From Octopus sinensis (taxonomy: Eukaryota): a stretch of 64,000 nucleotides of DNA. The translations under genes and the position numbers were made by a program. The DNA lies in assembly GCF_006345805.1 (NCBI RefSeq), contig NC_042998.1, positions 196,044,001 through 196,108,000 of the forward strand, written 5' to 3'. Below are positions 36,417 to 50,186 of the stretch, piece after piece (positions within the stretch are counted from its first letter, which is position 1; each line of letters starts with the position of its first letter). Under the pieces are notes generated by a model that was not told the DNA's origin, did not search any database, and worked only from the letters and a program-made list of their open reading frames with translations.

Positions 36417-37821
36417 TCACACACACCACATTCACAGACACCCAGGTTTCAGTCATTTGCCTGCGGCCATGCTGGAGCACCGCCTTTAGACGTGCACACA
36501 CACACACACTCCCACACACCACATTCACAGACACCCAGGTTTCAGTCATTTGCCTGCGGTCATGCTAGAGCACCGCCTTTAGACGTGAACACACACACAC
36601 ACACACACACACGCACGCATTTCACGTGTGCACACAGACACACACATTCTCTCTCACACACCACAGACATAGACACACATTCATATGCACCCGCTTTCAC
36701 ACACCCACACACACACACTTTTACACACACACCATGTTTCGAGGAAATGGATTTGTCGTTTTGTTTCAACGATAAAATTATAATTCCAGTGAACACAAAT
36801 GTAAAATGTCTGAGTATTCCGTGGACAGAGTCAGTGTATGTACGTGATAAGGCTGGTGTTCGTTGAATTACAGTCCTGGGTCATCCAAGAACTTTCCCGA
36901 TTCCTGATTCTGTCTATCATGTGCTGTAAGACACTTTTTGCCAAAGATGCCACGCACTGGGAGCGAACTGGGAACCTCATGATCGCATTGCAATGCAGAA
37001 TCCTTAAGACACACACTTGTACACATACCTCCTCCTCCTCCTTCTTCTTCTTCTTCTTCTCTTTCTTCTCCCCCTTCTTCGTCTTTTTCTTCTTCTTGCT
37101 CTTTTTCTTCTTCTCCTTCTCCTGATTCTTCTCCTTCTTCTCCTCCTCCTTCTACTTCTTCTCCTCCTCCTCCTCCTCCATCATGTTCTTGTTCTTGCCC
37201 TTTTTCTTCTCCTCCTCCTCCTCCTCCTTCTTCTCTCTCTATCAAACCTGCATCATATATTTATAACGATTCTCTCCCCACCCCCCTGTCTTCGTCCCCA
37301 CTTATCTATTATATCTCACATAATATCTGCATAAAACTCACGCGCACGCGCGTACAACAATTAATTTTTTTTTCCCCCACATATGATGAGAGAGAGAAAA
37401 AAAAGAGCCACCTTAGGACATAGATCTACTTGATCAGGACTGATCCGAAACTAAACTATTTTCTCTTTCAAACACACACACACCCATACACTACCTGATC
37501 CCCCTCTCTCTCTTTCTCTAACTCACTCACTCAATCACATACATACACACACACGTTTTCCTGATGTCTAACAAGATAATGCATAGCTGTGGGGATAACA
37601 GATTCGCTTCACGGCTATGTGGAAAGGAGACCATCACAGATATCGCTAATTCTTTCGAATGTCCAACTTAAAGACGAATTTGTTCCTTCTAAGCCGCGAA
37701 TAATCAAAGCAAACTAAAAATAAACCTTCACTATTTCAAAGAAAATGTCTGCCAGTCATGTAATAAAGGTCGTCTGCAGAGCTACAGAGGAAGGCGCGTG
37801 GTCTAACGGTTAGAGTGTTGC

Positions 37822-38195
37822 GGAGGCGCAATGGCCCAGTGGTTAGGGCAGCGGACTCGCGGTCGTAGGATCGTGGTTTCGATTCCCAGACCTGGCGTTG
37901 TGAGTGTTTATTGAGCGAAAACACCTAAAAGCTCCACGAGGCTCCGGCAGGGATGGTGGTGATCCCGCTGTACTCTTTCACCACACTTTCTTACTTCCTG
38001 TTTCTGTTGTACCTGTATTTCAAAGGGCCGGCCTTGTCACTCTCTGTGTCACGCTGATATCCCCGAGAACTACGTTAAGGGTACACGTGTCTGTGGAGTG
38101 CTCAGCCACTTACACGTTAATTTCACGAGCAGGCTGTTCCGTTGGTCGGATCAACCGGAACCCTCATCGTCGTAACCGACGGAGTGCTTCCATCC
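37822..38195 (+). mobile_element. Chimeric SINE: F head + D tail, 10-bp TSD, inserted in another SINE head
   Basis: TSD agagtgttgc at 37812-37821 and 38196-38205. Confidence 0.85.
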
Positions 38196-38354
38196 AGAGT
38201 GTTGCACTCGTGACCGCAAGATTGTGGTTTCGATTCTTGGACCGGTGCAATTTTTTTTCTTGCGTAAAACACTCCATTTTATTTTGCTGCAGTCAACTCA
38301 CCTCTAAATAAATAACTCTGCGACGAATTGGCGCCTCATTCAGGGAGAATGTTG

Positions 38355-38572
38355 GGCGATCATTCGGTACTAGTTACATAGCTGTCACTTATAAACCCGC
38401 GTGGGTTTATTTACATTTCTGAAGAAAAAATAAGAAACCCTTCCCCCATCCCTAACCCTAACCTTAACCCCACATATATATATATATATATAAATACGGA
38501 AAGTGACGATCTTCTTCTTCAAATGTAAACAAATACACGTGATGTCAACGGGACTCATATCGAAAGAATGCC
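38355..38572. mobile_element. MITE with GGC ends, perfect 8-bp TSD and internal CCCTAA repeats
   Basis: ggcgatcattcggta...tatcgaaagaatgcc; TSD gaatgttg at 38347-38354 and 38573-38580; interior related to 6428-6620. Confidence 0.8.
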
Positions 38573-38847
38573 GAATGTTGTGGTTTCGGTTATTCATACG
38601 TCATAGATTTAAGGGCTCAAGACAGTCATATCCACGGGTTGGAGATGACGAGATACATATCTTTATAGGGCGTCGGTTGTCGTAATTCTGCATAGCATTT
38701 AACAGAGAAGAGACGTCTGTGTGATTGTTGTGTTAAAAGTGCAGCCCATTAGTTGATCTGAAAAAAAAAAAAAATCTTTGCTCTACAGCTCATTAAAAAA
38801 TGATAGATTCATAATTAAGTCATCGTCCATCGTGTGTGTGTGTGTGT

Positions 38848-38890
<43 letters not shown>

Positions 38891-38987
38891 TGTGTGTTTT
38901 ATACTGCTTAAAAACCGGTGGTCTTTTGGTTGTCTCATTATATCGCGTAACTTCGTGGTTTGGTTCGGCAATGGAGGTCGATAATAT

Positions 38988-39404
38988 ATTTCTTTACTAC
39001 CCACAAGGGGCCAAACACAGAGGGGACAAACAAGGACAGACAAAGGGATTAAGTCGATTACATCGACCCCAGTGCGAAACTGGTACTTTATTTATCGACC
39101 CCGAAAGGATGAAAGGCAAAGTCGACCTCGGCGGAATTTGAACTCAGAACGTAACGACAGACGAAATACCTATTTCTTTACTACCCACAAGGGGCTAAAC
39201 ACAGAGAGGAAAACAAGGACAGACAAAGGGATTGAGTCGATTATATTGACCTCAGTGTGTAACTGGTACTTATTTAATCGACCGCGAAAGGATGAAAGGC
39301 AAAGTCGACCTCGGCGGAATTTGAACCCAGAACGTAACGGCAGACGAAATACAGCTAAGCTTTTCGCCCGGCGTGCTAACGTTTCTGCCAGCTCGCCGCC
39401 TTTG
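38988..39404 (-). mobile_element. SINE-B dimer ending in the Tx1-like tail, 15-bp TSD
   Basis: TSD ggaggtcgataatat at 38973-38987 and 39405-39419. Confidence 0.9.
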
Positions 39405-39721
39405 GGAGGTCGATAATATGATTACCAGACCGATATTCGTAGTGTTCGGTATGATCGACTTAATCCCTTGAAAGCAGCATCCCCAGAATGGCCGCTGCCC
39501 TATAAATGAAACTATTGAGAGTGCAAAAGAAGCATATTTGGAAAGGTCGAGAGAAAAATGGTTTTGCTTTTATAATCCTGATTCCGTATGTATGAGATGT
39601 CTTTGAGTCTGTGTAGAAAGTACGTCTACAGACGTCAACAGATTTGACAGCGAAGGAGACAAAACAAAGTCTGTTTTGATTAGTTTCATAAATCAAATTG
39701 AAGTGTTTCAAAAGTGTATGT

Positions 39722-40410
39722 ATAGGCGCAGGCGTGGCTGTATGGCTAAGAAGCTTACTTTGTAACTACGTGGTTCTGGGTTCAGTCCCACTGCGTGGCA
39801 CCTTGCGCAAATGTCTTCCGCTATGGTCTCAGGACAATCAAGGACTTGTGAGTGGATTTGGTAGGCGGAAACTGAAAGAAGCCCGCCGTGGGTGTGTGTG
39901 AAAACACGTGGCTTAGTGGTAAGGGTATTCGGCTCACGATCGCAAAGTTGTGAGTTCGATTACCGGCGACGCTTTTGCCTCTTGAGCAAGACACTTTATT
40001 TCACGTTGCCCCAGTCCACTCAGCTGGCAAAAGTGAGTAGTACCTGTGTTTCAAAGGGCCAGTCTTATCACACTGAATCTCCCCCCGAGAACTACGTTAA
40101 GGGTGCATATGTCTGTGGAGTGCTCAGCCACATGTTAGTTTCACGAGCAGGCTGTTCCGTTGATCGAACCAACTGGAATCTTCGCCGTCGTAACCGACAG
40201 AGTACTGTGTGTGTGTGTGTGTCCACCGCCCGCTTGACAGGCGGTGTTAGTGTGTTTACGTCCCCGTGACCTAGCGGTTTGGCATAAGACACCGATAGAA
40301 TAAGTAGCAGGCTTAAACAAGCAAGTACTGGGGTCGATTCGTTTCCTTAAAATTCTTCAAAGTGGTGCCCCAGCTTGGCCGCAGTCTAATGACTGAAACA
40401 AGTAAACGAT
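39722..40410 (+). mobile_element. SINE-A variant with a SINE-D (about 39899-40204) nested in its (TG)n
   Basis: A head, complete D, then A 3' half. Confidence 0.8.
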
Positions 40411-41249
40411 AAAAAATAAATTTCACTAATTCTCATTGTGAAATTATGGGATGCCAGAATCACTACTTCCGGTCAATTTACCATCATTTTTTTTTTTGTC
40501 TTTAAACCCCTAAACTGCTTGTTATCCAAATCCTCCATTTTCGACATGGAACAAGCATCCCCGGGGCCCAGTGTGTGGGTGTTGTGACTCTCATCCTGTC
40601 GTAACCACAGAGTGTGTGTGTGCTTTTCCCTTTAATTGCCCTCCGGTAGTTTCTGACTCAATTTTCTTTTTACACTAAACACAATTTCCAATTTGCTTCT
40701 CCTTCGAAACTTAAAATAAAATTAACCAAAGAAGTGCTGCAAGGTCAATCAATTCGATTGTTAATTAATTGATATTACAGTTGGAAACTGAACAAAGCAA
40801 CTGCTAAGATAATTACACCCAGAATCAAGCGTAAATTGGTTGTCAAACCTAAATTCTTCATTCAATGTCACTTTATGTGATTAGAAAGACTCATTATCAT
40901 TTCGTTTCAGAACAGAAACACTATATTCGGGTTTCCCTGCGTTCAAGAAACTGTTTATGAAATAAGTTTAGTTCTCGTCACTTCACTGTTTGTCGTTGTA
41001 ATCACCAGTTTGACATGGTTCACGCTCATTCATCATTATAGCACCCACCTTCCTCTCTGTCACACTCTCCCGCTTTCGAAATAATTACCAGGACACTGTA
41101 CCGTCACTCTCTGCCTCTCTAATAGTGTGGAAGGCGCGTGGCGGAGTGGTTAGGGGTATTCGGTTCAAGCTCATAAGGACGCGAGTTCGATAGCTGAGGG
41201 TACATTCTGTTCTGGTTCACTCAGCTGGGGCAAAGACGAGTAATACCTG

Positions 41250-41620
41250 ACAGAAACGTTAGTGCGCCGGGCGAAATGCTTAGCGGTATTTCGTCTGCCG
41301 TTACGTTCTGAGTTCAAAGTCCACCGAGATCGACTTTGCCTTTCATCCTTTCGGGGTCGATAAATAAAGTACCAGCAACGCACTGGTGTCGATGTAACCG
41401 ACTTAATCCCTTTGTCTGTCCTTGTTTGTCCCCTCTGTGTTTCGCCCCTTGTGGGCAATAAAGAAATAGATATTTCGTCTGCCGTTACGTTCTGAGTTCA
41501 AATTCCGCCGAGGTCGACTTTGCCTTTCATCCTTTCGGGGTCGATTAAATAAATACCAGTTACGCACTGTCTTTGTTTGTCCCCTCTATGTTTAGCCCCT
41601 TGTGGGCAATAAAGAAATAT
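41250..41620 (+). mobile_element. 5'-truncated SINE-B dimer with Tx1-like tail inserted in a SINE-D
   Basis: TSD atacctg at 41243-41249 and 41621-41627; D sequence resumes after it. Confidence 0.8.
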
Positions 41621-42529
41621 ATACCTGTATTTCAAGGGGCCAGCCTTGTCACATTGTGTCACGCTGAATCTCCTTGAGAACTACGTTAAGGGTACGCGTG
41701 TCTGTGGAGTGCTCAGCCATTTGCGCATTAGTTTCTCCGAGCAGGCTGTTCCGTTGATCCGGATCATCTGGCATCATCATCGTCGCAACCGACGGAGTAC
41801 CAGTTAATAGTTGCTTTGTCAGCATGCTTTCCCTTCTCTTATCATTCTAATTATTCATGTAACCTTTAAATATAAAACCTTGTGTTAAATCCGCATAACA
41901 TATCCTCTGATAATTTCTGGGTAATTGTTCAGTTTGGTGATATTAAAAAAGTAAATAAAAATTAAGGGGGAGATAAGTAGTTAAAAAAGCGAAGGGACAT
42001 AACCAAGGAACAACTTAAAAGATGTGGTAAATTTTAATCCTTTCACCTGCAGGATTTTCACTAAGAAAAAAAGAAGAAAAAAACTCGGATTTTTGGCGTT
42101 GAATCAAGTACCCTGAGCTCCTTATATACTGCAAACTCCTTTTTTTTTTTCGAAAAAAGTGGGGGGAAACCGGATCCCCCCGCCTCCCATATCTCGGAAT
42201 CATTGGGAATCGTTCTTTTTTTTTCGTTGAATGAATTCCGGTGAGCTCCTGATATGCTACAAAACCCCTTTTGGGGTCCGGAAAACGGAGGTGGGGTGAG
42301 GTGGAAGCCTTTGTAAACCCCTCCCCCCCATTTCCATTTATCTCTTCACTCGCACGATTGGATTTTTTGCGTGGAACCACTTACCCTGACCTCATAATAT
42401 GCTGTAAACTCCTTATTTTTGTTCGGAAAAAAAAAACGTGGGGGTGGGAAACACATCCCCACCCCACGTCCATATCCCGGAATCATTGGAATTTTAAAAA
42501 AATTTTTGGGGTCATTCTTTACTTTGCGA

Positions 42530-42680
42530 TCGATCCTCATGATCAAGACGCCCACAGACAAAATGTGGAAAATATGTGGATTCGGGTGAAACGGAAGTTG
42601 AGGCGACAGTTTGGGTCATCGGACGAATTGTTTGTTTCATATCTGCAGGAGTTTCCCTGGCGTAATTCCACTGAGAAAAA
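42530..42680 (+). pseudogene. Merlin/IS1595-family transposase C-terminal fragment within a HINE-like element (about 42015-42945)
   Basis: AHRQNVENMWIRVKRKLRRQFGSSDELFVSYLQEFPWRN resembles the HTQNIE..W...K....YL.EF.WR motif of ISXO2/Merlin transposases; host ends ...ctgtttatatataggggagat. Confidence 0.6.
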
Positions 42681-43167
42681 CAAGACATTTGTGTACATGC
42701 GAGTACTGTCCAAATCTCCGACCAATCACATACAGCTAGCTGGCTTTCAATTGGCGTATCAAGTTTCGGGCATTTTGAGATGGTTTTGGATAGAAAATTC
42801 AGAAAAAAGTCACTTCTATTGATTTTTTAGTGGCTTTGGACGGTTTTGAATGACCATAGAAAATGCGAGCCCTCTAACTGAAAAATTGTGGATTTGTATA
42901 AAGGACACACACACAGACATTTTACTGTTTATATATAGGGAGATTTGTTTCGGTCATTTGACAGCGGTCATGCTGGAGCACCGCCTTTAGTCGAAGAAAC
43001 CAACCCCAGAACTTATTCTTTGTAAGCCTAGTACTTATTCTATCGGTCACTTTTGCCGAATCGCTAAGTTACGGGGGTCGTAAACACCAGCATCGCTTGT
43101 CAAGCGATGGTGGGGGAACAAACACAAACACAGAAGCATGCACACACACACACACACACACACACAC

Positions 43168-43203
<36 letters not shown>

Positions 43204-43219
43204 CATACATATATACGAC

Positions 43220-44004
43220 GAGCTTCTTTCAATTTCCGTCTACCAAATCCATTCACAAGGCTTTGGTTGCCCCGAGGCTATAGTAGAAGATACTTGCCCA
43301 AGGTGCCACGCAGTGGGACTGAACCCGGAACCATGTGGTTGGGAAGAAATCTACTTAACACTGCCACTCCTGCGCCTATAATAATTAACTAAAGAAATTC
43401 CAGCAGCTGTTATGTAAACAGTTATTCTGGTGTGTTGGTCATGGATTAGAGATAGGACAGTCGTATATTTAACGGGATAGAGGTAGAGTTTAATTAATGT
43501 TGCCTGGTCTCACTGGTCCCCATAAATATCTTGTTACAGCGTGTGTTTGTGTCGAGTTTTATATAAAATCAATTTAACATTAAACCGGAACATCACTGAA
43601 TACAGTTTAATGGAGGATATATTTTAAAAACATTTTACTCATAAACGCTTGACAGTGGCGTTGAAGTTTCAGTTTGCTCGCCTTTTATCAGACAGACTGC
43701 CGAAGGTATGTGTGTGTGCGTTTGTGTGCGTATTAAACTCACATACAGATACACGTGTGTGTCTGTCTGTGTAATATTGGCCGAGGATATAAATATTACT
43801 CTTTTACTTGTTTCAGTCATTTGACTGAGGCCATGCTGGAGCACCGCCTTTAGTCGAGCAACTCGACCCCGGGACTTATTCTTTGTAAGCCCAGTACTTA
43901 TTCTATCGGTCTCTTTTGCCGAACCGCTAAGTGACGGGGACGTAAACACACCAGCATCGGTTGTCAAGAAATGCTAGGGGGGACAAAGACAGACACACAA
44001 ACAT

Positions 44005-44035
<31 letters not shown>

Positions 44036-44912
44036 CACCACACACACACACATATATATATATATTATATATATATATATATATACGACAGGCTTCTTTC
44101 AGTTTCCGTCTACCAAATCCATTCACAAGGCTTTGGTTGCCCGAGGCTATAGTAGAAGATACTTGCCCAAGGTGCCACGCAGTGGGACTGAACCCGGAAC
44201 CATGTGGTTGGGAAGAAATCTACTTAACACTGCCACTCCTGCGCCTATAATAATTAACTAAAGAAATTCCAGCAGCTGTTATGTAAACAGTTATTCTGGT
44301 GTGTTGGTCATGGATTAGAGATAGGACAGTCGTATATTTAACGGGATAGAGGTAGAGTTTAATTAATGTTGCCTGGTCTCACTGGTCCCCATAAATATCT
44401 TGTTACAGCGTGTGTTTGTGTCGAGTTTTATATAAAATCAATTTAACATTAAACCGGAACATCACTGAATACAGTTTAATGGAGGATATATTTTAAAAAC
44501 ATTTTACTCATAAACGCTTGACAGTGGCGTTGAAGTTTCAGTTTGCTCGCCTTTTATCAGACAGACTGCCGAAGGTATGTGTGTGTGCGTTTGTGTGCGT
44601 ATTAAACTCACATACAGATACACGTGTGTGTCTGTCTGTGTAATATTGGCCGAGGATATAAATATTACTCTTTTACTTGTTTCAGTCATTTGACTGAGGC
44701 CATGCTGGAGCACCGCCTTTAGTCGAGCAACTCGACCCCGGGACTTATTCTTTGTAAGCCCAGTACTTATTCTATCGGTCTCTTTTGCCGAACCGCTAAG
44801 TGACGGGGACGTAAACACACCAGCATCGGTTGTCAAGAAATGCTAGGGGGGACAAAGACAGACACACAACATACCACACACACACACACACAACACACAC
44901 ACACACACACAC

Positions 44913-44960
<48 letters not shown>
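43220..44960. repeat. Tandem duplication, 869-bp period, breakpoints in SINE-A microsatellites
   Basis: Identical ORFs 43635-43967 and 44504-44836; non-SINE spacer duplicated essentially verbatim. Confidence 0.9.
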
Positions 44961-44967
<7 letters not shown>

Positions 44968-45339
44968 TATATACGACAGGCTTCTTTCAGTTTCCGTCTA
45001 CCAAATCCACTCACAAGGCATTGGTCGGCCCGGGGCTATAGCAGAAGACACTTGCCCAAGATGCCACGCAGTGGGACTGAACCCGGAACCATGTGGTTGG
45101 TTAGCAAGCTACTTACCACACAGCCACTCCTGCGCCTATATTGGTGATTAAAGCAAAATATTTTTTTTAAATGGTGTTCTTTGATACAGTCTTTGGCAGT
45201 ATTATTTATTCTGCACCGTTTGAGACACAATCCACGATACTCTCACCATTCAGAAATGCGATGACGGGAAACCAGTGATGGTTTGTTTGCTACCATTGCC
45301 CCCATTGTTTACTAATAACAAATAGAATGAAAATAAATA

Positions 45340-45729
45340 CAGTAGAACCTCGCAGTACGAGTGTCCCCATTGTACGAGTAATTTTTATGTACGAGCCGAG
45401 ACTCGTGCGAATTTTTGTCTCAAAGTACGAGCGGAAATTCGCAGTACAAGCACACAAATCGTCCCATCTTTAGGGTAATTCAGTTAATAAAACCAGTTTA
45501 CATATTTCCTTTGCATTTCCTTTTTTATAATTGCCATTTTACTTGTAATTATACCTTTTCTGTTTTTAAAACCCATAAGAAATTATTTTTGAGTGGGTTT
45601 TTTAGGGGCTGGAACGGATTAATTATATTTTAGTTAATTCCAATGGTAAAAATTGATTCGTAAAACGAGTAAATCGTAAAACGAGCTCGGTCATGGAACG
45701 AATTAAACTCGCACTGCGAGGTATCACTG
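45340..45729. mobile_element. Tc1/mariner (pogo/Tigger-like) MITE with TA TSD
   Basis: TA|cagtagaacctcgcagtacgag...ctcgcactgcgaggtatcactg|TA. Confidence 0.85.
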
Positions 45730-46091
45730 TAAATGAAAGTTGCGTTGTATTTACTTTGCAAGGCTCTTGGTGTGAAATCGTCTGTTAAAACAATTATTTT
45801 TGTAATTTTGGGAGGATCATATTGACAGCAAAACACGCACTGAATGTATCTTACATCAGTTTTATCAACAGTTAATTAAATAATTGATTTATAAAATAAA
45901 TAGCTTTGTCTCTCCCTTATATACTTACTCCTTATTTGTACACGTGCCTTGAAGCTTAATCTTCAATAACTTCAACTTTCTGCAATGTTTCTGGACTCAT
46001 ATCCAGGTGCGTTTTTCACCGCATTGCGATACTAGACGTACGAGAGTGTTTTGTGTGTTAAGGGGTTGTTGTTGTTGCATTGGAAAAGAGG

Positions 46092-46682
46092 GATCTTTTC
46101 ACTTTGAACGGTAGTTTTTTTAAATAATTTCTATGTAACTAAAAAATTTTAAACTTCATATACTGGTAGAATGTGTTTATAAAACATCTTTTTCTCTTGG
46201 CTTTCTTGAGAAAATTCTGTAGTTTTTAAGATATTTGTTGTTTAATTTCTTGCATTTCGGCAATTTCAACCAATCAATCATAATTACGACCCTAGTATCG
46301 ATCTATTGCATTTCAATCTGTTTTAGGATTAGGGTTAGTGTTAGGGGTGGGGGGAAGGGTATCTTTTTTTCTTCAGAAATGTAAATAAACCCAATCTGTT
46401 TCTTAAACGAATATATAGTATGTAAAAGGGACATTTTCATATGACGCCGCCAGAAAATGTTGCGGCAGAAATCGTTTTCATCTCAATAGATGTCGTTGAT
46501 TGGTTGAAATTGCCGAAATGCAAGAAATTAAAGACGAAATATCTTACAAACTACAGAATTTTCTCAAGAAAGCCAAGAGAAAAAAATTTTTCATAAACAC
46601 ATTCTACCAGTATACGAAGTTTAACATTTTTTAGTTACATAGAAATTATTTTAAAAATCTGCCGTTCAAAGCGAAAAGAGTC
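46092..46682. mobile_element. Fold-back element with ~180-bp TIRs; interior contains the TTAGGG-like MITE core
   Basis: About 46092-46275 is the reverse complement of about 46495-46682. Confidence 0.75.
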
Positions 46683-46872
46683 AAGCTGACATAGTTTCTT
46701 TATTATTTGATCATCTCACCTTTACAATCTGACGATGGCAGCAGGTGATTACCTGTTAAAATATTAACGAAGCTTGCGACAATGCTCATTTACATAATGC
46801 AAAGGTTACACCTCATTTGCATACGGTGAAGAGCAGTTCATTTTGCACACACGCGCGCGCGCGCACACATAG

Positions 46873-47210
46873 TGAAGGCACATGGCCCAGTGGTTAGAGC
46901 ATCGAACTTACGATCGTGAGGTTGTCAGTTCGAATCCCGGACTGGGCTTCGTGTTGTGTTCTTGAGCAAGACACTTTATTTCACGTTGCTCCAGTTCACT
47001 CAGCTGTAGAAAAGTGTTGCGACGTCACAGGTACCAAGCTGTATCGGCCCCTTTCCCTTTCCCTTGGGTAACGTCGTTGGCGTGGAGAGGGGAGGCCGGT
47101 ATGCATGGGTGACTGTTGGTCTTCGATAAACAACCTTGCTCGGACTTGTGCCTCGGAGGGTAACTTTCCAGGTGCAATCCCATGGTCATTTGTGACCGAA
47201 GGGGGTTTCT
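46873..47210 (+). mobile_element. SINE family E copy
   Basis: tRNA head aaggcacatggcccagtggttagagc...gttcgaatcc, CORE-like body. Confidence 0.8.
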
Positions 47211-47659
47211 GATAGTGTAGATATTATATTATATTATATATATACAATATAGATATACAACACCGTATGTATTTGTGTGTGTGTATATATGTAGGCGTAG
47301 GCATGGCTGCGTGACAAAGAGCTTGCATCCCACCACACGGTTCCGGGTTCAATCCTACTGCATGGTACCTTGGGTTGCAGTCGTCTACTAAGTCCAGGTT
47401 GACAAAAGCCTTGCGAGTGGATTTGGTAGAGGGAAACTGAAAGAATCCCGTTGTACATACTTACATATAAATGTATATACATATGTATATGTGGGTACTG
47501 GACGTCATAGAACGTAAACAACATGAAATACGAAAACCTGGAATACGAACTTTTTTGCGAGCAACGAAAGAAACAAATGGGAAACAAGACAAATAATATA
47601 AAGAACGACCCTTCATCAGTTGTCGACTGTTTTATCTACTCCGCATTTCCAGCATATGT

Positions 47660-48885
47660 GTATATATATATATATATATATACGACTGAAACAAGTAAAA
47701 GAGTAAATATATATTTACTCTTTTACTTGTTTCAGCCATTTGACTGTGGCTATGCTGGAGCACCACCTTTAGTCAAGCAAATCGACCCCAGGACTTATTC
47801 TTTGTACGCCTAGTACTTATTCTATCGGTTTCTTTTGCAATAACCGCTAAGTTACGGGGATGTAAGCACACCAGCATCGGTTGTCAAACGATGTTGGGGG
47901 ACAAACACAGACACACACGTACATACATATATATATATACGACGGGCTTCTTTCAGTTTCCGTCTACCAAATCCACTCACAAGGCTTTAGTCGGCCTGAG
48001 GCTATAGCAGAAGACACTTACCCAAGGTGCCACGCAGTGGGACTGAACCTGGAACCATGTGGTTGGTAAGCAAGCTACTTACCACACAGCCACTTCTAAT
48101 TATTTTATAATAACCAAAAAATAAAAGATACATACATACATGCATACATACATACACACACACACACAGAGATACTTACATGCATAGAAGCTGAACGAGA
48201 GAGAGAGATGTCTATATATAAATGTATCGTGAGTGAGTGAGCTGTATTCACATTCCTTTGAACGTGAAGGTGGCTTGTGTGAATCATGTATGTAACCTAT
48301 GCACGAAGAGTGCAGAGACTGGTACATCTTCCTTCTAAAAACAACTTCCATTATGATTATCAAAAGCATCGTTTGATGTAAGGGACAAAAAAAGTTAATA
48401 AACCTCCACGCAGATACGGTGGTGATATGGTAGACCATGCATGGCAGAACAATGTCATATTAGTGCTACAACATTTGTAATATGATAACCCGGTATGTTC
48501 CTTGTTGTTCAGATTCTAACTATTATTAAGTGTAATTGTACTAAGTTTTCTGTATTTTCTTTCTCCATTACAGGTAAAATCTGATTGGGTGACTGGTAAT
48601 TGTACGTTCCTGACCTTCAAATATTATTAACCTGTAAGGTAAGTAACGTTACCTTTCCACCCGAAGATATAAATATTCCGTTGCATCGTTTGTTCTCTGT
48701 TTAAAAAGAAGAAAAACAATGTTTAGAAATATAAAAGAAAAAAACGGAGACACGAATCAATAAAATGCATTTCTTCCTCCAAATAACGTTCCCCTCTCTT
48801 CGTAAAAGCTGTTCAGTCGACGAGTCTGGCTTCGCTAAAAGAACTGTTCTATAGCAGGTGCGCGAAAGCGTATGCATGTATGTAT

Positions 48886-48916
<31 letters not shown>

Positions 48917-50111
48917 CGACTGAAACAAGTAAAAGAGTAAATATATATTTACTCTTTTACTTGTTTCAGCCATTTGACTGTGGCTATGCTGGAGCACCAC
49001 CTTTAGTCAAGCAAATCGACCCCAGGACTTATTCTTTGTACGCCTAGTACTTATTCTATCGATTTCTTTTGCAATAACCGCTAAGTTACGGGGATGTAAG
49101 CACACCAGCATCGGTTGTCAAACGATGTTGGGGGACAAACACAGACACACACGTACATACATATATATATACGACGGGCTTCTTTCAGTTTCCGTCTACC
49201 AAATCCACTCACAAGGCTTTAGTCGGCCTGAGGTTATAGCAGAAGACACTTACCCAAGGTGCCACGCAGTGGGACTGAACCTGGAACCATGTGGTTGGTA
49301 AGCAAGCTTCTTACCACACAGCCACTCCTAATTATTTTATAATAACCAAAAAATAAAAGATACATACATACATGCATACATACATACACACACACACAGA
49401 GAGATACTTACATGCATAGAGCTGAACGAGAGAGAGAGATGTCTATATATAATGTATCGTGAGTGAGTGAGCTGTATTCACATTCCTTTGAACGTGAAGG
49501 TGGCTTGTGTGAATCATGTATGTAACCTATGCACGAAGAGTGCAGAGACTGGTACATCTTCCTTCTAAAAACAACTTCCATTATGATTATCAAAAGCATC
49601 GTTTGATGTAAGGGACAAAAAAAGTTAATAAACCTCCACGCAGATACGGTGGTGATATGGTAGACCATGCATGGCAGAACAATGTCATATTAGTGCTACA
49701 ACATTTGTAATATGATAACCCGGTATGTTCCTTGTTGTTCAGATTCTAACTATTATTAAGTGTAATTGTACTAAGTTTTCTGTATTTTCTTCTCCATTAC
49801 AGGTAAAATCTGATTGGGTGACTGGTAATTGTACGTTCCTGACCTTCAAATATTATTAACCTGTAAGGTAAGTAACGTTACCTTTCCACCCGAAGATATA
49901 AATATTCCGTTGCATCGTTTGTTCTCTGTTTAAAAAGAAAAAAAACAATGTTTAGAAATATAAAAGAAAAAAACGGAGACACGAATCAATAAAATGCATT
50001 TCTTCCTCCAAATAACGTCCCCCTCTCTTCGTAAAAGCTGTTCAGTCGACGAGTCTGGCTTCGCTAAAAGAACTGTTCTATAGCAGGTGCGCGAAAGCGT
50101 ATGCATGTATG

Positions 50112-50130
<19 letters not shown>
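47660..50130. repeat. Tandem duplication, ~1.23-kb period, breakpoints in (TA)n
   Basis: Near-identical units each containing a SINE-A (minus strand) and unique sequence; differences mostly indels in homopolymers and microsatellites. Confidence 0.9.
48493..48644 (+). other. Candidate 81-nt intron (48493-48573) + 65-nt exon (48574-48638), probably non-coding or UTR; duplicated at 49723-49873
   Basis: GTATGT donor, CTAAC/ACTAAG branch-like motifs, long polypyrimidine tract ending TACAG, downstream AG|GTAAGT; all three frames of the exon contain stops. Confidence 0.45.

Positions 50131-50186
<56 letters not shown>

Noticed and set aside
34405-37334. Long Ser/Leu-, Thr/Val-, His/Thr- and Glu-rich ORFs
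   Set aside because: Products of simple repeats; one spans the N gap
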